DNA of 32,413 nucleotides. It comes from Chitinophaga pinensis. Lineage in GTDB: Bacteria; Bacteroidota; Bacteroidia; Chitinophagales; Chitinophagaceae. Positions 19,154 through 27,961 of this stretch are shown one piece after another. The DNA lies in the NCBI GenBank assembly GCA_945872805.1, contig CAMCBE010000001.1, positions 1-32,413 on the forward strand, written 5' to 3'. The position numbers and the translations under genes were made by a program. The stretch's first letter is position 1; each line of letters starts with the position of its first letter. A model generated the notes under the pieces. That model saw only the letters and a list, made by a program, of their open reading frames with translations, was not told the DNA's origin and ran no database searches.

Positions 19154-20902
19154 TTAACGGAATTGATAATCATAGCCTTCCAATTGTGAAAGCAAATCTT
19201 TCGGTACATCTGTTGCAGTTACTCTGTCTTCTACCTTTGGAGCAACCAATGGATGTTCCTTAAGGTATTCCCTCATAATATTATGTAAAGTACCTCCAAG
19301 TTTATGCGCAGATGAAACGTTTTCAATCCTACACAATGTATCATCTGGATCACCCTCACGTTCACATGCTACAATTGAATATTTTTTTGATAGATTGATG
19401 CTCTCCCCTTTTATTTTAATCCAATTCAATCTTTTTCCCATTTCATTATATGCTGTAAAATTTATTTGCATCCCAGCAAAACGTACGACCCATCCTCCAA
19501 AACGGTGTCCTGGATTTTTGGCAAATACATTATGCAACTCTTTTTCAAGCCAATCCCACAATTGTTTACCCGTAATTTCACCCCCTTTTGCATCACTATT
19601 TACTGGTAGCATGTTCCACAGGAACTCATTTGTGATTTCGGCAACACCTTTTTTCTGGTCTACAACTAACGGTGGACAAAACCTAAACCCATTACTCAAT
19701 GCTATATCTGGTTTATACTTCCAATAAATAGCATCAGTGATTAAATTATCTATCGGATTCTCCAATACAAAATACCTTACAAGGGTTGTTTTTGTTTTTC
19801 CAATAACGGTATCCATCTCTTCCGCATAGGGCTTTCTGGCATCTTCAACTTTTCGTAACATTTCAGGATCTGGATGATATTTTTCAGGGTCAACATCAAG
19901 CAATTCATAATGTGCATCTTTTAGTTTTCCTCCTTCAACAATGAGTTCAAGTTTAGAAACAAATGATCCAAATGCTCCCGGCTCAGTTACTTTAGTATAC
20001 TTAGTTTGAATAGGCGTCCTAACGCGTTCATGCGTATCAGCTCCCAAAATGAAATCAATACCCTCTACATGTGGCATGTTACCTAGATCAACCTGCTGAG
20101 CCAGCCCCATATGAGTTACCAGAAAAACCAGATTGCATTGTTCTATATCCCGCAAGTGCTTAATATAACGTTGAATATTAACCTCAGGTTTTGTAAACTT
20201 AATCCCCTTGCTGTATGCAGGAGATTGTCGTTTGGGTGTTAATGGATCATTATACCCTATGAATCCAATTTTTGTGTTGCCAAAATGCTGAACATACCAA
20301 GGATGAAAAATCAACTCACCATGATTCGCAGCATTTGTATCATGAAACATATTCGCACAAATCTTCTGCGCAGTATAACCACCAAGATCTCTCTCCATCA
20401 TCTCCTTTCCATATACAACTTCCCAATTACCAGGCAACACTAAATCATAATCAATATGATTTATAAGTGGAATGATAGCTCTCCCTTCACTCAATGCGGC
20501 AACACCGCCACCCTGAAAACAATCACCCCCATCGATCAGTAATGTATTAGTTGGATTCTTTCGGCGAAGATCATCCAACATGGTTTTCAGAACAGCGAAC
20601 CCGCCTCGTTTTTTATAAACTGCTTTATTATTTTCTAAAAAAAATTCATCATGCGTATACAACTGTGCATGAATGTCTGCAGTATGAAGTAGCGTAATTT
20701 TCTGCGCCTTACCTGAATCGATAACACTTGACCTATTTGATGATGTAATTAAATCATCAGACCGTTGAAATGCTGATGCAATTTGTGGAACACCAGTTAG
20801 CAAAGCTCCCCCTAATGAAATATTTTTAAGAAATTCCCTTCTGTCTTTCCCAGAGTGCTGGTTGTTGCAAGAACATTGACCTTCTATATTTTTTGCACTC
20901 AT
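19154..20902 (-). CDS. soxB: SoxB-like thiosulfohydrolase (5'-nucleotidase superfamily), Tat-exported
   Basis: DRREFLK Tat motif; LLHTADIHAQL, DGGDCFQG, GNWE (Trp in place of the nucleotidase His, as in SoxB), SNGFRF, TGKQL..WLE....NVF...P..RFGGWVVR; sits in a sulfur operon. Confidence 0.72.
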   Translation of the reverse strand: MSAKNIEGQCSCNNQHSGKDRREFLKNISLGGALLTGVPQIASAFQRSDDLITSSNRSSVIDSGKAQKITLLHTADIHAQLYTHDEFFLENNKAVYKKRGGFAVLKTMLDDLRRKNPTNTLLIDGGDCFQGGGVAALSEGRAIIPLINHIDYDLVLPGNWEVVYGKEMMERDLGGYTAQKICANMFHDTNAANHGELIFHPWYVQHFGNTKIGFIGYNDPLTPKRQSPAYSKGIKFTKPEVNIQRYIKHLRDIEQCNLVFLVTHMGLAQQVDLGNMPHVEGIDFILGADTHERVRTPIQTKYTKVTEPGAFGSFVSKLELIVEGGKLKDAHYELLDVDPEKYHPDPEMLRKVEDARKPYAEEMDTVIGKTKTTLVRYFVLENPIDNLITDAIYWKYKPDIALSNGFRFCPPLVVDQKKGVAEITNEFLWNMLPVNSDAKGGEITGKQLWDWLEKELHNVFAKNPGHRFGGWVVRFAGMQINFTAYNEMGKRLNWIKIKGESINLSKKYSIVACEREGDPDDTLCRIENVSSAHKLGGTLHNIMREYLKEHPLVAPKVEDRVTATDVPKDLLSQLEGYDYQFR

Positions 20903-20922
20903 ATTACATTGAAATTTAAATT

Positions 20923-21873
20923 TTACGCTTTCTTTTGCATCTTCTTTCTGAACGCAACGATTGGAGGGAATGGTCCAAATTTATGTTGCTCCTCAGAAAA
21001 CCCGTCTTTATAAGGCCCAAAAGGATGATCAACCGGTTTTTTTGAAATGTTTGGCCAATCACCTGTAAGGTCTTTTGTTGGACGAGGTCTACTGTTTACA
21101 AATGCTGCAACATCCCACGATTCTTCATCACTCAAAACAGGATTTTTATAACTCGCTTGTAAAAAAGGCATATTTGCCTTTACATAACCCGCAAACCGAG
21201 ACAACCTAAATAACCCTGCACCCGTATTATAACTATTTACTCCCCAAAGTGGCGGATAAGTATATCCCCCGATTTCATTTAATTTACCTGCGCCATCTGC
21301 ACCATGACATGATACACACTTAGTTTGATAAACTAATAGTCCTTTTGCAGGATCTGCAGGCCTATCTAAATAGCTTAGTTCTAATATTCCTGAACCCTTT
21401 GGCTTTTTTTCTTTTTCTAAATCATCCCCTATCCAATGCATATAAGAAACAATTGCTCGCATCTCTTTTGATAGTGAATCGATAGCCTTCCCATTCAAGC
21501 TTCGCTGTAAACAATCATTTACTCTTTTTTCAATGGTTTCAATAGTACCGCTCCGCTCCCTAAATTTTGGGTAAGTAGGAACTACCGCACTATAATTATT
21601 CCCCCAGGGAAGTGTACCTCCGTCTAAATGGCAATTCTGACAATTCATCCCATTACTGATATGCGCCACCTTCCCTTTAGGTCCCAAATAATAAGAGGTG
21701 TTTTCAATTAATTCTCTTCCGTAAGCAGTAAGACTATCCTCTGGTTTAATTTGATATTTATTCCACCCACGCCAAACTGGTTCTTCTTTAGTAACTATTG
21801 GAACAGGTGCATTGCATGCATAAAATATAGGTAGGAGAAAAAAAACAGTATAGGTAAACGATAGTTTTTTCAT
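20923..21873 (-). CDS. tsdA: TsdA-like dihaem cytochrome c thiosulfate dehydrogenase / tetrathionate reductase, probable lipoprotein
   Basis: Lipobox FYAC; CQNCH and CVSCH; YPKFRER, RVNDCLQRSLNG (active-site Cys), YPPLWG..SYN.GAG, KANMP. Confidence 0.82.
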   Translation of the reverse strand: MKKLSFTYTVFFLLPIFYACNAPVPIVTKEEPVWRGWNKYQIKPEDSLTAYGRELIENTSYYLGPKGKVAHISNGMNCQNCHLDGGTLPWGNNYSAVVPTYPKFRERSGTIETIEKRVNDCLQRSLNGKAIDSLSKEMRAIVSYMHWIGDDLEKEKKPKGSGILELSYLDRPADPAKGLLVYQTKCVSCHGADGAGKLNEIGGYTYPPLWGVNSYNTGAGLFRLSRFAGYVKANMPFLQASYKNPVLSDEESWDVAAFVNSRPRPTKDLTGDWPNISKKPVDHPFGPYKDGFSEEQHKFGPFPPIVAFRKKMQKKA

Positions 21874-21882
21874 CCGTTAGCG

Positions 21883-22386
21883 TTAATGGGGAAGTTTTTC
21901 TCGAAGAAGTCCATACACCCACGTTCCAACGATTGCCATGAAAATAGTTACTAATGTAACAGTGGCACCATATCCAAGTTGAGCGTACAATGGACCAGGA
22001 CAAGCACCTGTCATTGCCCAACCAAAGCCAAATAATAGTCCCCCAATAATTTGACCCTTATTCATACTTTTTACTGGAAACTTAATTTCTTCCCCGTAGA
22101 TGCTTTTAATATTAAATTTTTTAATCAGAAAAACGGATAGTGCACCTACAGCCACTGCCGAACCAATCACGCCAAACATATGGAAACTTTGTAATCTAAA
22201 CATCTCTTGTATGCGAAACCAGGACACCACTTCAGCTTTAATAAGAATTATACCAAAGAGAATTCCAAATAATAAATACTTGAGGTTATGCCAAGAGGGT
22301 GTTTTAATTTCTTCTTCACTGATGCAAATGGCATCCAACGAACGCATTTCAAAATCAGTATTGGTATTTTTTAATGTCTCTTTCAT
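21883..22386 (-). CDS. YeeE/YedE-family sulfur transport protein (half-size)
   Basis: SWFRIQEMFR, GGLLFGFGWAMTGACPGP. ATG at 22386, 4 nt after the upstream stop, preferred over 22464. Confidence 0.85.
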   Translation of the reverse strand: MKETLKNTNTDFEMRSLDAICISEEEIKTPSWHNLKYLLFGILFGIILIKAEVVSWFRIQEMFRLQSFHMFGVIGSAVAVGALSVFLIKKFNIKSIYGEEIKFPVKSMNKGQIIGGLLFGFGWAMTGACPGPLYAQLGYGATVTLVTIFMAIVGTWVYGLLREKLPH

Positions 22387-22390
22387 ACTA

Positions 22391-22960
22391 TTACATGGAT
22401 AAGATAAATGGAAGAATAAGATTCGCCATAATAAAACCTCCAACCATAAAACAAATGGTTGCAACTAGTGATGGAAATTGCAACATAGACAACCCCATGA
22501 TAGCATGACCAGATGTACAACCGCCTGCATAACGTGTTCCAAAACCTACAAGAAATCCTCCGAATAACATCATAATGATTCCTCTTGGTGTTGACAACGA
22601 CGCCCAACTAAAAAGATCATTTGGAATTAATCCACTATAATCAGTTATACCATATTGAGAAAGTTCAGCAACTAGTTTTGGATTGACCACCACGGCACCA
22701 CCATCTTTTAAATACAATAGGGTTATAATTCCTCCAATAAAAACACCAAAAACAAAAAATAAATTCCAAATTTCTTTTCTCCAATTGTATTGGAAAAATG
22801 GAATTTTGGCAGGAACACAGGATGCACATATATGACGTAATGAAGAGGAAATTCCAAAAGTCTTATTCCCAAAAATGAGCAACAATGGGACCATCAGTCC
22901 GATTAATGGGCCCGCCACATACCATGGCCAAGGTTGTTTTATCAATTCAATAAGATTCAT
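22391..22960 (-). CDS. YeeE/YedE-family sulfur transport protein (half-size)
   Basis: PWPWYVAGPLIG, FGISSSLRHIC, GGFLVGFGTRYAGGCTSGHAI. Confidence 0.88.
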   Translation of the reverse strand: MNLIELIKQPWPWYVAGPLIGLMVPLLLIFGNKTFGISSSLRHICASCVPAKIPFFQYNWRKEIWNLFFVFGVFIGGIITLLYLKDGGAVVVNPKLVAELSQYGITDYSGLIPNDLFSWASLSTPRGIIMMLFGGFLVGFGTRYAGGCTSGHAIMGLSMLQFPSLVATICFMVGGFIMANLILPFILSM

Positions 22961-22979
22961 GAATAAGGTATTTATAATA

Positions 22980-24398
22980 TTATAATAAGGTGGTTGGACA
23001 AATATAATCAGTTAAGATAAAGCCGCCATTTTCTTTAATGGCATTAAATCCACCATTTACGTCAATTAAATTATGGTACCCTCTTGCCCTCAACGTGGAT
23101 ATAAAAATCATTGAGCGATAACCACCCGCACAGTGCACAAAATATTTTTTTTCTGGATTTATTTTTTTAGCACTTTCATTTATAAAATCTAACGGTGCAT
23201 TTTCAGCACTTAAAAGATGCTCTGAAAGATATTCGCTATTTTTTCTCACATCTAAAATCGCTGTATTAGCATCTGATGAGATTATTGATTTTAACTCGTC
23301 GGGTGAAATTGAATCGATGCTATCGGTTTCAAATCCAGCCTCTTTCCATCGCTCAAAACCTCCATCAAGAAATCCAATACAATGATCGTAGCCAACTCTT
23401 GCCAATCTAGTTACCACTTCCTTTTCTCTTCCTTGTTCTGCTACTATTAAAATTTCATGTTTAATATCAGGAATCATGGTACCCACCCAAGGTGCAAAAC
23501 TACCATCAATGCCAATATTGATTGAATTTGGGATAAAGCCTTTTGTAAAAACGTGTGGATCACGTGTATCCAAAATTAATGCTCCAGTCTCAGTAGCAAC
23601 AGCTTCAAACGCAGCAGGTGTTAATGCATGCTGACCTCGTTCAAGTACTTCATCTATACTATCATACCCCTCTTTATTCATCATCACATTCAACGGAAAA
23701 TATTGTGGAGGAGGCATTAATCCATCCGTTACCTCTTTCACAAATTCCTCTTTGGTCATATTTAATCTTAACGCATAATTTGTTTTTTTCTGATTCACCA
23801 AGGTATCGGTTGTTTCCTTACTCATGTTTTTACCACAAGCAGACCCCGCACCATGTGCTGGATATACGATCACTGAATCGGGCAACGTCATTACTTTATT
23901 TCGGAGGGACTCAAATAACATCCCGGCCAATTCCTCTTGTGTCATATGAGCAGCTTTTTGTGCAAGATCTGGTCTGCCAACATCTCCAATAAATAATGTA
24001 TCCCCAGAAAATAATGCAACCGGAATCCCCTGTTCATCCTTCAACAAATAACAACTAGATTCCATGGTATGACCTGGAGTATGTAATAATGTAAAGGTCA
24101 CTTTCCCAACCTTAAATTCTTCCCCATCATAAGCAGTGTGCGAGGCAAAATTTGTTTTGGCTGTTGGGCCATATACTATTGTTGCTCCAGTTGCTTTCGC
24201 AAGATCAAGATGGCCCGATACAAAATCTGCATGAAAATGGGTTTCAAAAACATACTTGATCTTCGCGTTATCCTTTGCCACTTTTTCCAAATAAGAGGAA
24301 ATCTCTCTTAGAGGATCGATAATTACCGCCTCTCCATCACTTTCAATATAATAAGCACCTTGTGCTAAACAACCTGTATATATCTGTTCAATTTTCAT
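22980..24398 (-). CDS. Persulfide dioxygenase-rhodanese fusion (MBL fold + two rhodanese-type domains, CstB-like)
   Basis: ETHFHADFVSG, PGHT, GDTLFIGDVGRPDL, PAHGAGSACGK, C-terminal HCAGGYRS rhodanese loop. ATG at 24398 (MKIEQIYTGCL). Confidence 0.88.
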   Translation of the reverse strand: MKIEQIYTGCLAQGAYYIESDGEAVIIDPLREISSYLEKVAKDNAKIKYVFETHFHADFVSGHLDLAKATGATIVYGPTAKTNFASHTAYDGEEFKVGKVTFTLLHTPGHTMESSCYLLKDEQGIPVALFSGDTLFIGDVGRPDLAQKAAHMTQEELAGMLFESLRNKVMTLPDSVIVYPAHGAGSACGKNMSKETTDTLVNQKKTNYALRLNMTKEEFVKEVTDGLMPPPQYFPLNVMMNKEGYDSIDEVLERGQHALTPAAFEAVATETGALILDTRDPHVFTKGFIPNSINIGIDGSFAPWVGTMIPDIKHEILIVAEQGREKEVVTRLARVGYDHCIGFLDGGFERWKEAGFETDSIDSISPDELKSIISSDANTAILDVRKNSEYLSEHLLSAENAPLDFINESAKKINPEKKYFVHCAGGYRSMIFISTLRARGYHNLIDVNGGFNAIKENGGFILTDYICPTTLL

Positions 24399-24427
24399 AT
24401 TGATATGCTTTAGTGAATTTAAAAAAT

Positions 24428-25222
24428 TTAAGTGAGAATCACTTCTTTTAAGATAATATAGATTCCCAGTAACAACACAAACCAACCGAATAGTTTCTTT
24501 AATATGTGCGGTTGCATTTTTTTTGAAAGCCTGTCACCTATAAAAATACCTCCAACGGCTAAGGCAGTTACGGGAAGCAATAAATTCCAATTCATGGTTG
24601 TATGCGACAAATCTCCCAAGAACCCAATTAAAGATTTTGCTGCTATGATTAATAAGGAAGTCCCAATAGCACTTTTCATGGGCAACTTACTTAGAATGAC
24701 CAAAGCGGGTATAATTAAAAATCCGCCGCCGGCTCCTACTATTCCCGTAAGCAAGCCAACCAATAAGCCCTCAATTATGATCAATGGGTAATTAAATTTT
24801 TGCTCTATTAACTCTTCCTCTTTGTCTTTATTTCCTATAATCATACTATAGGAAGCAAATACCATAAGGATAGCAAATACCAACATAAAAAATACTGGCT
24901 TCGTCAACATAAAATCTCCAATAGCCAATACATTACTCGGAATAGCCGGCACAATAAATCGTCGTGTAAAATAAACAGATGCAATTGATGGTATACCAAA
25001 TACAATGGCTGTTTTCATATTAACCAAGCCTTTTCTATATTTGGGTATCGCTCCAACTAAACTAGTAGTTCCTACCACAAACAATGAATACGCAGTAGCT
25101 AATACAGGTTCTACAGAGAATAAATAAACCAATACAGGGACAGTTAAAACAGAGCCGCCGCCGCCAATCAAACCAAGTGAGACTCCAATAAACAGTGATG
25201 CGATATAGCCAAGTATTTCCAT
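24428..25222 (-). CDS. Sulfite exporter TauE/SafE family
   Basis: LGLIGGGGSVLTVPVL and GIVGAGGGFLIIPAL internal repeats, AIGTSL, about 8 TM helices. Confidence 0.9.
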   Translation of the reverse strand: MEILGYIASLFIGVSLGLIGGGGSVLTVPVLVYLFSVEPVLATAYSLFVVGTTSLVGAIPKYRKGLVNMKTAIVFGIPSIASVYFTRRFIVPAIPSNVLAIGDFMLTKPVFFMLVFAILMVFASYSMIIGNKDKEEELIEQKFNYPLIIIEGLLVGLLTGIVGAGGGFLIIPALVILSKLPMKSAIGTSLLIIAAKSLIGFLGDLSHTTMNWNLLLPVTALAVGGIFIGDRLSKKMQPHILKKLFGWFVLLLGIYIILKEVILT

Positions 25223-25240
25223 ATTAGTATACTATAAGCA

Positions 25241-25269
25241 CAAATATGCACTAATGTTTCCATTACAAA
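25241..25269 (-). promoter_or_regulatory. Putative promoter of the sulfur operon (TTTG ... CATATTTG)
   Basis: Minus-strand TTTG at 25269-25266, a 17-nt spacer, then a degenerate -7 box CATATTTG at 25248-25241. Confidence 0.4.
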
Positions 25270-25285
25270 AGTGACATATATCACA
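25270..25285. promoter_or_regulatory. CRP/FNR-type operator TGTGA-N6-TCACT
   Basis: Plus strand AGTGACATATATCACA; 9/10 match to TGTGA-N6-TCACA; lies between the Crp gene and tauE. Confidence 0.72.
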
Positions 25286-25298
25286 GGCATAATAGATT

Positions 25299-25934
25299 CT
25301 ATCCTAGCCAATGTATGGTATTGCGTTCCATTGAAATCTGGCCGTTTTTTTCCATTTTCTTCAATAACCTAGAAATTACCTCCCGAGATGAATTTAGATC
25401 ATGGGCAATTTGTTGATGTGTAAGCATTAAATCATTTCCTAATGAAGAAGTCTGCCTTTTGAGATACCACTCAAGTCGTTCATCCATATTTTTAAAGGCA
25501 ATATGATCAACAACAGTCAATAACTCTTCAAAGCGCGACCTATATGTTTCAATAACAAAATGATACCATGTGGGATGATTTTTCATGAGGATATCCATCA
25601 ATTGAATGGGAATCATGATAACCTCTGTTTCCTCAAGGGCAATAGCCATTATAGTACTGGATTGATTCCTCGCCATACAAAGCATACTCAATGCACATGC
25701 ATCGCCATCTTCTAAATAGTACATAAAAAATTCTTCCCCTTCAACACCTTCTCTATAAAGCTTCACACGACCTTTCACAATTAACATGGCATATTTAAAA
25801 AATTGCCCTGGCCTCATCATCACCTCTCCTGCAGGAAATATTTTTGATTCACCATGCTCTATAATAAAATCAGAAAGTGATTCATCAAAAATGGGGAAGG
25901 CCTGAACTAAATCATGTGTAGTGTATGAAAGCAT
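25299..25934 (-). CDS. Crp/Fnr family transcriptional regulator
   Basis: cNMP-binding fold (G.VKLYR...GEE...Y) and HTH THQQIAHDLNSSREVISRLLK. Confidence 0.92.
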   Translation of the reverse strand: MLSYTTHDLVQAFPIFDESLSDFIIEHGESKIFPAGEVMMRPGQFFKYAMLIVKGRVKLYREGVEGEEFFMYYLEDGDACALSMLCMARNQSSTIMAIALEETEVIMIPIQLMDILMKNHPTWYHFVIETYRSRFEELLTVVDHIAFKNMDERLEWYLKRQTSSLGNDLMLTHQQIAHDLNSSREVISRLLKKMEKNGQISMERNTIHWLG

Positions 25935-25963
25935 GTATAAAAAAATTAATGCTAATGTAATCC

Positions 25964-27832
25964 TTATCGTCCCATGTATACCATAAGTATCTGCACATCA
26001 CTTGGATTGATTCCAGAAATACGTGATGCTTGACCAAGGGTTCTAGGTTGAATGCGCTTTAGTTTTTCTTTTGCCTCCGTACCAATTGCATGTACTTTAC
26101 TGAAATCAAAGCTAGCAGGGATTTCCAGGCCTTCTAATTGTGCCATACGATCTACCATTTCTTTTTCCTTATCAATGTAAACGGCATACTTCATTTGTAT
26201 TTCAGCCTGTTCAATTTCTAAGGATGAAAAAGAAGAAAATTCACCCTGCAATGATGGAATGCTTTCAATGATATCTTTAGCGGCAATACCCGGGCGTAAA
26301 ATAAGTTGAGCGAGCTTTTGTTTTTGAGTTAGCGCAGCCGAACCAGCTGTTTCAAAATATGCATTAATCAAATCAGGCTCTACAGATGTTTCATTAAATA
26401 ATTTTATGATTGACGCTACATTTTCTTTCTTGGTACAAACTGCTTCATACCGAGCTCTTGATGCTAAACCAATCTGATAGCCCATTTCAGTCAACCTCAT
26501 GTCTGCATTATCTTGTCGCAATAATGTTCTAAACTCTGCTCGAGAAGTAAACATGCGATAAGGCTCTTCCGTTCCTTTGGTTATCAAGTCATCAATCAAC
26601 ACCCCAATATAGGCTTCATTGCGTTTCAAAATCAACGGCTCTTTTTCAACGGCTTTTTGGTGTGCATTAATTCCTGCCATCAAGCCTTGGCATGCTGCTT
26701 CCTCATATCCTGTTGTACCATTGATTTGACCAGCAAAAAATAATCCGTCAATCTGTTTGGTTTCTAACGAATAATTCAATTGATGTGGTGGAAAATAATC
26801 ATATTCAATGGCATACCCAGGCCTGAACATACGGCAGTTTTCGAAGCCAGGAATCTTTATAAGTGATTGATACTGAACACTTTCTGGTAATGAAGTTGAA
26901 AATCCATTCAAATATATTTCAACCGTATTAAAGCCTTCAGGCTCCACAAACAATTGATGCCTATCACGGTCTGCAAAACGATTAATCTTATCCTCAATGC
27001 TCGGACAATAGCGTGGACCGGTCCCTTCTATTCTACCAGTAAACATTGGACTCCGATCAAATCCAGTTTTAAGCGAATCATGTACATCTATGTTAGTATA
27101 TGCAATCCAACAACTTCGTTGTTGAGCAGGAGAGATTCGTTCTATGTCCAAATAAGAGAAACCAGAGATCTCATCATCCCCTTTTTGTTCCTCCATTTTT
27201 GAATAATCTAAACTCCTACCATCTAATCTAGGCGGTGTTCCAGTTTTAAGTCGATCGCTTTGAAGCCCTAATGAGACAAGTTGTTCTGTAATTCCAGTGG
27301 CCGCTTTCTCTGCCATCCTACCACCGCCAAAGGTTTTCTCCCCTATATGAATAATGCCATTTAAAAAAGTACCATTGGTCAGCACCACCGTTTTAGCCTG
27401 AATTTCATTCCCCATGCCGGTGATAATTCCAGTACAACGGCCTTCCTTTATCAGTAATCCATTCACCATGTCTTGGTAAAATGACAGATTGGGTGTTGCC
27501 TCAAGCATTTCTCTCCATTTCTGAGAAAATAGCATTCGGTCACTTTGTGCACGTGGGCTCCACATGGCAGGACCTTTTGAGCGGTTCAACATCCTAAACT
27601 GAATCATTGACTGATCAGTGACAATTCCTGAATACCCACCTAAGGCATCAATCTCCCGTACGATCTGACCTTTTGCAATTCCGCCCATAGCAGGATTACA
27701 ACTCATCTGAGCGATGGTCTGTAAATTCATGGTAACCAGCAAAACCTTACTGCCCATATTTGCGGCGGCCGCCGCAGCCTCACATCCAGCATGGCCGGCA
27801 CCTACAACAATTACATCATATACAGGAAACAT
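25964..27832 (-). CDS. mnmG: tRNA uridine-5-carboxymethylaminomethyl modification enzyme MnmG/GidA
   Basis: VVGAGHAGCEAA, MSCNPAMGG, LKTGTPPR, GPRYCPSIEDK, AGQINGTTGYEEAA, YRMFTSRAE. Confidence 0.97.
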   Translation of the reverse strand: MFPVYDVIVVGAGHAGCEAAAAAANMGSKVLLVTMNLQTIAQMSCNPAMGGIAKGQIVREIDALGGYSGIVTDQSMIQFRMLNRSKGPAMWSPRAQSDRMLFSQKWREMLEATPNLSFYQDMVNGLLIKEGRCTGIITGMGNEIQAKTVVLTNGTFLNGIIHIGEKTFGGGRMAEKAATGITEQLVSLGLQSDRLKTGTPPRLDGRSLDYSKMEEQKGDDEISGFSYLDIERISPAQQRSCWIAYTNIDVHDSLKTGFDRSPMFTGRIEGTGPRYCPSIEDKINRFADRDRHQLFVEPEGFNTVEIYLNGFSTSLPESVQYQSLIKIPGFENCRMFRPGYAIEYDYFPPHQLNYSLETKQIDGLFFAGQINGTTGYEEAACQGLMAGINAHQKAVEKEPLILKRNEAYIGVLIDDLITKGTEEPYRMFTSRAEFRTLLRQDNADMRLTEMGYQIGLASRARYEAVCTKKENVASIIKLFNETSVEPDLINAYFETAGSAALTQKQKLAQLILRPGIAAKDIIESIPSLQGEFSSFSSLEIEQAEIQMKYAVYIDKEKEMVDRMAQLEGLEIPASFDFSKVHAIGTEAKEKLKRIQPRTLGQASRISGINPSDVQILMVYMGR

Positions 27833-27836
27833 ACCG

Positions 27837-27866
27837 CGAAGTTACGATGCCAAAACAAATAGGCAA
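27837..27866 (-). promoter_or_regulatory. mnmG promoter (TTG-N19-TAACTTCG), nearly leaderless
   Basis: -7 box at 27844-27837 lies 4 nt from the ATG; TTG at 27866-27864. Confidence 0.55.
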
Positions 27867-27945
27867 TCAGTAATATAATAAACAAGTAAAGCGATTAACT
27901 AAATTCCCACTACCTGTTTCGATTAAAAATGGCCGTACTGAACAA

Positions 27946-27961
27946 TGTTCCACGTGGAACC
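27946..27961. other. parS centromere-like site
   Basis: TGTTCCACGTGGAACC, a palindrome matching the parS consensus TGTTNCACGTGNAACA except at the last base. Confidence 0.88.

Noticed and set aside
23557-23571. Near-palindrome GGATCACGTGTATCC with a CACGTG core
   Set aside because: The flanks do not match parS and it lies within coding sequence.
27833-27945. oriC upstream of mnmG
   Set aside because: The interval is short and I found no TTATCCACA-type DnaA boxes. parS indicates only proximity to the origin.
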